Assembly: GCA_051942205.1 (NCBI GenBank)
Contig: JAVECO010000045.1
Location: 113,766-133,765 of the forward strand
DNA: 20,000 nt
Direction of reading: 5' to 3'
Source: Coniocarpon cinnabarinum
Lineage: Eukaryota
Shown here: positions 1 to 8,745 of the stretch, piece after piece
Layout of the letters: each line of letters starts with the position of its first letter
Numbering within the stretch: position 1 is the first letter of the stretch
Translations under genes and position numbers: made by a program
The notes under the pieces: generated by a model
Database searches by the model: none
What the model was told of the DNA's origin: nothing
What the model saw: the letters and a program-made list of their open reading frames with translations, nothing else

Positions 1-2019
1 AGTAGTCGTATACTCAATTTCAGTCAAGAGTTGAATCAACACCTTTCTCAAAGAGGGGAAGACATAGGCCGGATTGACTGAAGTGAGACGTCCGATAATT
101 GCCATGGATGCTTCGCGATTAGGGAAATATTCATCGTTCAAGCAAAGAAACAAGCTGCGAATATTTTCAGCCTTGGCCAGATGCTTGTCAAAGCGGGAGA
201 CAAGGGATGTCAGAATGACGTGACGTATATCCGGGACTGGATCCGCGACCGCCACCGTTAAAAGTCGCTCAATGACGTTGCTAACAACTTGCATGGCATG
301 TCGACTGACTTGTTTGACGCTCGGATCGTTGATAAACAATTGGCAGCAAGTCAATGCGGCAGCTCTCCGTGTGGATGCGCGATCATCCTCGACATAACGA
401 ATAGCCACATCTCGGACAAATTCATTCAAAATATATCCTGAAAAATTGAAACTCCCAAGGGTGGTCAGTGCAAGTTCAATCTCAGCCTCTCTTTGTTCAC
501 TTTGGGTCGGATCTCGTAGGTCTCGCGTTACGCTTGTGACAATGGAATTTTGGTTGGGGCTTCCAAGAGGTGAGAAAGGTTTACCCGACAGAACTTTGCT
601 GAGAAGATCGAGAAGCTTTTCTTGTATGGTCGGTCTGGCTGGAGGAATATAATGAGCCATGTCGACCAATGCCTGCACCAGGGGTCCGCTCAGACCACAA
701 GCAAAGATTGGATCCAGCAACGCATCCATGTATTTTGTCAAGGTCTGGCCCACAGCAATGGCGACCATGCTGATACACTGAAAAATCGGAGCGTCATTGA
801 AGGTCTTGGTGCGAGCTTTGATACTCAGTCCTTCCCTCACGTAGACAAGTATACCATCAAGATACGGTTCGACTGCACTTCCGACAGCGGTTGCGACCTT
901 GCCAATGGCGACGAAAGCCAGGTCGCGATCTTTTTCACGTTTCAGGAGTCCCTGCAGATGCATCATAAATTTGTGTAAATACGCACTTCCAAACTCTTGT
1001 GGATAGTAAGCGGCCAGAATGGGAATGATCATGGTGACCTGTTTCCGAATCAGCAGATCGCGATGATCTTTCAGTGCAAACACTTTGTCACAGGCATCCG
1101 CGTATCGAGAGCCAGACTGCATGAACATGCCGCCTCTGTCCAGTAGTTGATTCAAGGCCAGTAAAGAGCCGTGCGTGGTCTCTGGTGTGTTCAACACGAA
1201 ACCTTTGAAGATTTCATTGTAGACACGGGCAAACCATTGGTCGCGTAGAAGGACGTCACGATCGGCAATGATCTGAAATATTGAGCTCATTGCACCTGCA
1301 GTCGATTCACGTATGAGCACTTTCGGATCGCGGAGCGCGACCCAAATGACCTCCAAAATGGCGTTGACATATTGATATAAAAGTGTTGGCGAGCTTTCGG
1401 CCAGCTCTTGAAGTATGAGCACAGCTGCAAACCGGCGATGTTCTTGTCGTTCCACTTGTAGCGATTCTAAGGCGACTTTGACTTCTGCATCGACCAACTC
1501 CGAGCAGAGTGGATTTTGCGGTTTGGCCAATATTCCCAAAGCTTTTGCAGCCAGGACCATTGCGCCTGTATCATTGCCTTTCATAACAGTCCGAAGTGAT
1601 GCCGCAAACCGGGTAGTCTTTTGCGCGACATCGTCTCCTTTGAATTGCATAAGCTGCATGAGGGCGTAAATGCCTCCCGTGCGCTCCGCACTGCGTTCAG
1701 GGCCTTCGCCGGCTGCACCGACGAGTGCCGTAGACTTGGTGACGACATGGCGGTAGATGCTGGCGTACTCGACTGGAAGGTTGGCGAGTTCTTTCATGAG
1801 CGATTAGCAAAGGTAGCAACGCATCGAATTTCGTAATCACACACCGCGTTGGGCACTCTCGAGAGATGTGCGTAGGTCCTCGGCCGCCTGAATGCGGACG
1901 TCCTCATTTCTGCCACATCAGAGTAAGCTTGAGAACCTGCAGTGTCGGGCGAGATAGCTTCACCTTGACTTCAGTTCAGTAAAGATGCGTTCAAAATTGT
2001 CTTTTGCCGCTTGATTCAT
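1..2019 (-). CDS. TOR: TOR serine/threonine kinase (PIKK family), N-terminal HEAT-repeat region; partial, continues beyond the left edge. Exons 2019-1964, 1909-1845, 1790-<1
   Basis: Manual minus-strand translation: MNQAAKDNFERIFTELKSR/NEDVRIQAAEDLRTSLESAQR/E...ERTGGIYAL...AQKTTRFA...AAKALG...ERQEHRRFAAVLILQELAESSPTLLYQYV...IWVALRDPKVLIRE...FPSLRKVLIQLLTEIEY, matching fungal TOR HEAT repeats. Two 54-nt introns (1963-1910 GTGAAG..CAG; 1844-1791 GTGTGT..GCTAAT..AAG) restore the frame, and the same frame is TOR-like at position 1-60. Confidence 0.96.
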
Positions 2020-2463
2020 CTTCGTGAGGGCTGCACGCAGCTTGCCCTCTTGCTAGAGTGAACAGCATCCACAGAGTAGACAGCAGATATATCAGCTGGC
2101 AGCGGTCTTTTATGATGGTTGAGGCACGCATAGATAAGCCGCGACCTCGCCGAGAGGAGCTTTCCACATGACCAGTGAACGATGGCGAAAGATCAACAAC
2201 CCTTGCAAGCCCTCTCAAAGACTCACCGCGTCGCTTGTCTTCAGTACCACACATGCCCCTCGACTCGGCGACAAACCTTGTAAGCGACAGTCGCCTTGCC
2301 GCGCGTCTAGCGCTTGTTCACCGCCAAGTGGCGAAAACTCGGCAGGGCCACGCACTGTGAGCACCATCTGGAGACGTCCAGTTGTCTTCTCAGACAGTCA
2401 GAATTACTCTTCGTCCATTCATCTACATTTCTATCCAGATTTGTACATCACTCATAATGATCA

Positions 2464-3607
2464 TCAGATGCCAACAGCTTGCAGACTCTTCACCAGATCC
2501 GTAATGCTCTGCTCAAATGACGTAAACTTGAGTCCCAGAATGTCCTTGGTGCGACTGTTGTCAACCTTAAAGATTGGGTCTGGCAGTCGACCTCCTGGTA
2601 CACTCTCGTCTGGTGCGACATCTTTATACTCAGGAAAGTTCCTCCGGATGACTTGCGCAATCTCGTAATTGCAGAAGTAGCCGGCGGTGACGAAGAACCG
2701 CTTGTTGGACGCAGCTGCGACCTCGATAGCCTTGACATGCGCCAACGCAAGGTCGCGGACATCAATCCACACACACACGCCAGTGTCGGCAATCTCGTTC
2801 TTCCACTGGCCCTGAATGCAATTCCTGGTTCGTTGATTCGATGTGTTCAAAGCATCCAACGAGTTAAGATAGTGCACGATTGGTCCTGAGTATGCCCATT
2901 AGCTGCTGCTGATGATACTGCGCTTCGATGCAACATGGATAGTAGTCCTACGTACCAACCACCAGGGGTGGGTTCATGGTGACCAGGTCGAAATTAGGCT
3001 TCTCCTTTTCAACAAAGTCCCAAGCTGCGCGTTCCGCGAAGGTCTTGCTAGCACGATACCCGGCGGCCTGGCTTTGAAGAGCTTCTTCATGTGTAAGTGG
3101 ACTCCAGTCCTGCTCACTGTAAGTGTGTTCCGGCCAGGTGCCTTTCGTTGGATTGATCATCGCAGCAAAGCTACTGGTGATGACAACGCGCTTCACTGTA
3201 GGCGCGCTGGCCTTGATGGCTTTCAAGATACCAGTCGTGCCGACGATGGCAGGATCCAGAAGGTCCTTCTGAATATCTTGCGCATTGAAGTGGAATGGAC
3301 TAGCAGTGTGTATGACCGACTCAAAAGGTGGATTTGATTTGACAGCATCCTTGAAAGCATCTGGCTGGGCAATATCCTCGACGATGGAAAAGTCTAGCTT
3401 GTCCTTGCCGTACTTTGGACGATTTTGCCTGATCTTGTCTGCCTTTGCTTGCGAGCGCACTGTGGTCACGACAGAGTGCCTGAATGCTCTATCAGCGCCG
3501 AGGACTACGGGAACGTGTGCATGGGACTTCGCTTACCCATCTTGGAGCAGGTAGTCGAGCACATGGGCAGCAATGAAGCCGGAGCCACCAGTGAGAAGGA
3601 CCCTCAT
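2464..3607 (-). CDS. NAD(P)H-dependent aldehyde/keto (methylglyoxal) reductase, extended SDR, GRE2/ARI1-like; ~338 aa. Exons 3607-3537, 3479-2956, 2885-2464
   Basis: MRVLLTGGSGFIAAHV Rossmann motif, HTASP, VITSS and catalytic YRASK (YxxxK). Introns 3536-3480 (GTAAGC..CAG) and 2955-2886 (GTACGT..GCTAAT..CAG). Spliced length 1017 nt, in frame. Confidence 0.93.
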
Positions 3608-3690
3608 GATTGCTAGAAATAGGTGATGTATTCACAAATGTTCAAACCGATTGATTTGTTGCGATACCAGGAATGCAGGCAGCTGCCCAG

Positions 3691-3701
3691 ATACTTATAT
3701 G
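3691..3701 (-). promoter_or_regulatory. Probable TATA-like element of the reductase gene
   Basis: Minus strand CATATAAGTAT about 85-95 nt upstream of the ATG at 3607; position typical for fungal TATA boxes. Confidence 0.4.
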
Positions 3702-4646
3702 CTTCCGCCGATACATTGGCATGTCGCAAAATTCCACGTTTCGTCATAGCCATTGACCTTAGCGATCCATTCTGGCAGCTGTCTCGCTACACGTAACTCC
3801 GGGCGTCTGCATGGCTGTCATTGGCGCACGCCGGTACTTATTTGCCGGCGTGAAACCTTGTTTTACGCCGCTGCTGCCTTAGAAAACAGGTCTGTTACTT
3901 GTAATCCTTCTGCTGGAGAACTCCCATCTTCACCAGCCTCCTCCCATTGAACGGGGTGATCGCTCTGTAGCTTGAAGCGTGCTCTTGGAACCATTTTCCT
4001 TGAAGCTTCACAATGCATGGGAGGCGCAATGGCTGCGAAAGACGCTGGCGAGCTACCATTGCCGTGAACGTGGTTATGGAGATATCGGCGGTTGAGCGCT
4101 ACGTGCGAAGCTGTCGATCTTCGTTTTGATGTTTTCGCCATCAGTCTTACAATTACAAATCAGGAGGCGACGGCTGTCGGAGGTATCGGCCAGGAACTGA
4201 CGGGCGTTGTTGTGTGTGAGCATCTTTGCGCTCGCGCTCGCTCAGTGCAAGTCGCGAGCCATGCTATCCTAAACTGAGTGACAGGTGGCGGAGTCGCGGC
4301 CCTGTCGAGATGGGAAGAAAGTGCTCGAAGAGGACATGAAAGTGCAGCTGAGCACCTCAAATAAGCGTAGATCGGCCAATATGGGATGGATGGTACTAGG
4401 TGTGGGTTGGATGTGTGTTGGACGCGCACGATATGGAAGGCAACTACATTGCGAGGGAGATGAGGGTGACAAGTGACAAGGCAGTCACCAGTCACCCTCC
4501 TGGTATGTTTACTCACCGCCGCTTCACCGCTTCACTACGCGGTCGAGACCCTCAACCAACACTTCTCTTCCGTCGTCCTGTCCTCTCTACCCAAGCACAC
4601 CACCGCATGCTCTTTGTCATAGTAGTGCATATCATTGTCCCCAAGC

Positions 4647-7600
4647 ATGCCATCCTATTACTGTGAGGACTGCAGTCGCACCTTTGTGAATTTTAGGGCC
4701 ATTGAAGATCATTACGCCTATTCTGCAAATCACCGAAGCGACACCAGCTCCTCCAGCTCCGAATATCAGTCCTTAACCACGCAGGAGGAGGAGGAGGAAG
4801 AGGAGGAAGAGGAATGCCGGCGCTGTGGTCGCGTGTTTGCCAATGAGCACGCGTTGCAGCAACACAAGCGCGACAGCTTGGCTCACTGGCTCTGCGACAG
4901 GAACTGTGGGGTGGGGGAACGTCCCAAATGTCCTTTTGATGGGGGCGCGTGGACTTTGTTGTGTCGGCATTGGGATTCGCAAAAGTGCTTTCTCTACTGC
5001 AAATGCGGGCTCGGCTGGCTATCCCAAAGTCAGCTCGAGGAGCACCGCGATGAATGTATTTGTGATTCTTGTGGCGAACATCTCGTGGATCGCAAAAGCA
5101 AACAAAAGGTGACTTTCCCTTCCATCTCAACTCTGCTGTTAGCTTGCAATTAATTCAGGCAATCCAGCATGTTTCAGTCCGACATTTTGTCCCGGCAGCT
5201 CCTGCCTATTCCTTGGCAGCTTTCTTCACCATAAAGGGGTCTGCACAAAAACAGAAGCATCGATCGAACCGGGACGTGCTCCAGAGCGATACACCATCAC
5301 CTGCAACGAATCCTGTTCCACTCTCTCCCCCTATTAAGACCTGCAACGATTCATCAACTTACTTGCCTGCGGCCATCACTACCTCGCCGTCCTCTCCTGA
5401 GAGCCCGGTCAAGGCCGAATCCAACAATCTAACAAGCCAGGTTGTTGAGAAGAAAATGTCCGACGAAGAAGACATTGCTGGCCCTCACGACCCGGAAAAG
5501 TCCAACCTCTCGTCGAGCACGTTGGGATGGGACACAAAAGATGTACAATCACCGGCGAGAAAACATTATGAGCCCTCGGAGTTGCTCGCGTTGCGACCAC
5601 TTGCAGTTCAAAATATTCGCGTGCCCAGCCTCAAAGAGCTCGGTGTGGTTTACCCACCGGTGAAGGGAGCATATATATCTCCACAACGTCCATCGTCAGG
5701 CATCATTGGCTCCCACAACTATCGCGGAATAAACTCTCCCAAAGCTGCAGTAGATTCCACTAAGCCCACAGTCCAGTTGAGAAAATCTTTTGCCAACAAT
5801 AACGAAAATCAACCGAGCTACTCAGACCCACAGCAGGAGTCTTTCGAAGTATGGGCGTGGGGCGAGGACAATGGCCGTGCCCCGTCGCCATATTTCTCCC
5901 CGAAGCCCATGACCAACTTCGGTGCAAGCCCACAAGGAGGTGCTATCAAAGGCGAAGCCTATGTCAAGGTTCCGAACAGCGGGCAGCAGCTGGCTGATGC
6001 GAGCTCTCTCTCGCGATTTGAGCCATCTCAAGGCCACCCATCTAAGACAAGTCATCTGCCAGCTCTACCGGTGCTTGAACCATCTCCCAAAGACGCAGCT
6101 CAGGACTTGCTCGAATTCGATAACAGCTTCCTCGAAATAGCGCCACTGCGACCCGGCAAGTGGCACGGGAAAGACGAGAATGGGCAGCCAATCCTCGACT
6201 TTGACAACAGCGAGCTAGATGCTTTTGCAGAAATGGTTGATAAAAACCGCAGAACTCCAGACGCACGCACCAGACCTGCCCAAGACTCATGGACGAACGA
6301 TCTGAAACAGGTTGATGGCATTCTTGTCGACCTTGGAAGTAGTGGCGAGCAACAACGAAGTTCCCCAAGTGCTGCAACTCAGCCGGCGTCAGCTCCAGTC
6401 ACGCCGCGCTATGACATGCAGCCTTCGAAACAGGTCGAGAGGCGTTTGAATTCGGAGCTGATGCATACGGTCAGTCCACACGGTAACATGCCGGCGTGGG
6501 CCAATGTAGGCTCTCCGACAAACAGCAGAGCCACTTCGACGGTCACGCGTGCTTTGAAGCTGGACACGTTCCATCTAACCAAAGCGCAGCGTAGTGAGCG
6601 CACCTGGGCCCAATTCAAGGCTGACCTTTCGGCGTGGGCAGCGCCAAGGACGAGGGAAGACGTAAAATTGATGATGAGTCAGGAGTTCCCTCTGGAGGAG
6701 GTTATTGTCAACGCCGGCATGAATAATCGCTTTGAGAAAGAACTCGAGGAAGTCTTGGCTCTTGAGGACAGCATGAGGTAGGCTTGCACCTATCCTCGTG
6801 CTCGTGCCTCTCTGAGTATGACTGACGTGATGTGACGTACCAATATAGAGACGTTGTTACTGCACAGCGTCGTGGACCGGGCTTTGAGCACCAACTAGCG
6901 GCAGCATATCCAAACGGGCATGTGCTGTATCAGAAGTACATAGCAGCAATGTCTGGATCCTCCCAAATCCACGATGTTTCTTCAACGTTTAATTACAGGA
7001 GGTGTACGCCAGCCCGTGTGAGTTTCATTTTCAGATGGAGCTGACAAGTAAAACTAGGTATGAGAAATACCCAGCCCAGTTATCTGTCATCAAGTCCATC
7101 AGATTCTGCCGCTGCACAGCTTCATCAACCGCATTTCTTTGGTCCCATTCCCAGAGCTTCGCCAAGAGCAACTGGCTACTGTCAGACTCTACCATCGCGA
7201 CGCTCAAGAAGACCGCCTCCGGTCCATGAGCCCAAGGAACGTCTTAGTTATCATTCCCAATCGCACTCTGTCGATTCATCGACTCAGAGCCACTCTCATC
7301 ATTCAACTACTCTGACCTCACCGCTCCGCCCACAAGCCAAGCTGTTCATCCCATTTGTGAATTTGGCACCCACCTCACAGAACCCGACGACGTTTTTTCT
7401 CGAGCCCCCGGACCCGCGTGACCGTCGCTGCTGGGGGGCCTGCGATGAAACATTCTCAAGCCTTGCGACTCTTGTTGCTCATCTAGAAGAAGGCTGCGCT
7501 TTTTCTCAAATCCCGGTGCAGAGGCTTTGGCTCGCTGCGGCTCATACGACGTATGCAAGGACGTTCATGCAGTCTGCTTACCGCAAAATTATTGTCGGTG

Positions 7601-7927
7601 GTGGCACGCCGGTTGCTACGGAGGAGGAGAAATACTGGCCATTGCGTTGTCCTGCAGGTGAGTCTCTGCCATATCCCTCATTTTATCATAGCAATATCTC
7701 TTTCCAACCACTGACGTGTACACACCATAGGTAGTTGCACATCCACTTTCAAAACGCTAAGCACTCTCTTCGCCCACGTCGAAGAGTGTGATTTTTGTGA
7801 CGAGGTCGAGAAGGGAACGGGGAGTCTCAAGGGCTTTGGCCGTGTAGGTGCTGGAAAGGTCTTGGGTGATTTGGAGGACGCGTTGAAGAGTTGTGTTAGG
7901 ACGTGGGTGGCGGAGATGCAGGTTTGA
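4647..7927 (+). CDS. C2H2/C2HC zinc-finger protein with a long low-complexity central region, ~1010 aa. Exons 4647-5108, 5159-6777, 6849-7003, 7058-7657, 7731-7927
   Basis: N-terminal fingers CEDC..F..H...H, CRRC..F..L.QH....H, CKC..LEEH...C, and CDSC..QK/AIQHVSVRH completed across intron 1. C-terminal pair CWGAC..F..L..HLEEGC and CPAG/SC..F..L..HVEEC completed across intron 4. Introns 5109-5158, 6778-6848, 7004-7057, 7658-7730 are all GT..AG and join four ORF-track ORFs plus a terminal exon in frame (3033 nt). Confidence 0.78.
4785..4814 (+). repeat. (GAR)10 coding trinucleotide repeat encoding poly-Glu between zinc fingers 1 and 2
   Basis: gag gag gag gag gaa gag gag gaa gag gaa. Confidence 0.9.
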
Positions 7928-8383
7928 GAGTAGCTTGTTTTGGGTTTGTCGACGGGGAAATATTCTTGAAGAGGTGGCGCAGTGGAAAAGAGAAGGGTGG
8001 TAATGTCATTTGTAGCGGTATTATTGGCGTGCGGCTGCTGTACAGTTCGATTGGAATCCTGGGCTGCGTCAGTCGGCGATTGTCTGCTGATTCCATCTAC
8101 ACGCACGCACGTGCTGCATCGTATTGAAAACTCTCACTTTGCATGGCATCTGCTGATGGGTCGCGGGCTTGGGAGGAGGTAGATGGCAGTGATGGATATG
8201 GAATCAGTCCACCGGTGAGGCAAGGCGCAATTGGGACGAGACAGCGCTCAGCTGAATGGAAATTGAGGCCACATTGCCGTCAGTAGGGCGGCGAATGGCC
8301 ATTCCGCTCGCAAAGCAGTGACTTGTGTTACGGGAAGTGCTCATGATCTGAGCCTTATTTCTCTCATCTCGGTATCTGTTTGC

Positions 8384-8641
8384 TCGATGTTTATATCGTA
8401 AATCTTCATGCCGTGCATTTCTATGAATATGGTTTATGATAGAGTACTGTACTTCTCAAGATGCTTCTCTTCACTAATCTCGCTAATGTACTAATCGTCT
8501 GTCGATGTCCATATCGTGGGATCTTCATGCCATGCATATCTATAATTCATTGTTTAACATCATTGCTTAACATAAAGTACTGTACTGCTCAAGATGCTGC
8601 GTCCCTTTATTAAGCTCGCCAAAGTACCGATCGTCTGTCGA
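8384..8641. repeat. Degenerate tandem duplication (units 8384-8501 and 8502-8637) between convergent genes
   Basis: Both units share, in order, TCGATGT..ATATCGT..ATCTTCATGCC.TGCAT.TCTAT...AGTACTGTACT.CTCAAGATGCT...CTCGC.AA.GTAC..ATCGTCTG. Unit 2 has an internal 13-bp duplication (CATTGTTTAACAT/CATTGCTTAACAT). Confidence 0.9.
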
Positions 8642-8654
8642 AATAGCACCTTGG

Positions 8655-8736
8655 TTGTACAAGTCACGATTGTACAAGTGGAGGTTATACAAAGGCCGTA
8701 CAAGTACTGCACAAGTACTGTACAAGTACCGTGCAC
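8655..8736. repeat. TGTACAAGT / TACAAGTACTG short-unit repeat array just downstream of the lipase stop codon
   Basis: ttgtacaagt..ttgtacaagt..ttatacaaag..cgtacaagtactgcacaagtactgtacaagtaccgtgcac; 11-bp period in the right half. Confidence 0.8.
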
Positions 8737-8745
8737 GCATCACAT

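Noticed and set aside
446..1836. Several + strand ORFs of 68-118 aa
   Set aside because: Antisense shadows of the TOR coding exon; no recognisable motifs.
2455..2470. Stop-codon readthrough to a cryptic peroxisomal PTS1 on the reductase
   Set aside because: The stop is TGA TGA, not the TGA CTA readthrough context, and no SKL-like extension follows.
3863..4141. 92-aa minus-strand ORF (MAKTSKRR...) in the divergent intergenic region
   Set aside because: No recognisable domain or splice support and a length attainable by chance; cannot be excluded without expression data.
8293..8304. 12-bp palindrome GAATGGCCATTC
   Set aside because: Isolated; a few such palindromes are expected by chance in 20 kb.
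8384..8736. CRISPR-like array or RIP-mutated transposon
   Set aside because: Eukaryotic context, only two degenerate units with no unique spacers, no terminal repeats or transposase, and many transversions rather than the pure C-to-T pattern of RIP.
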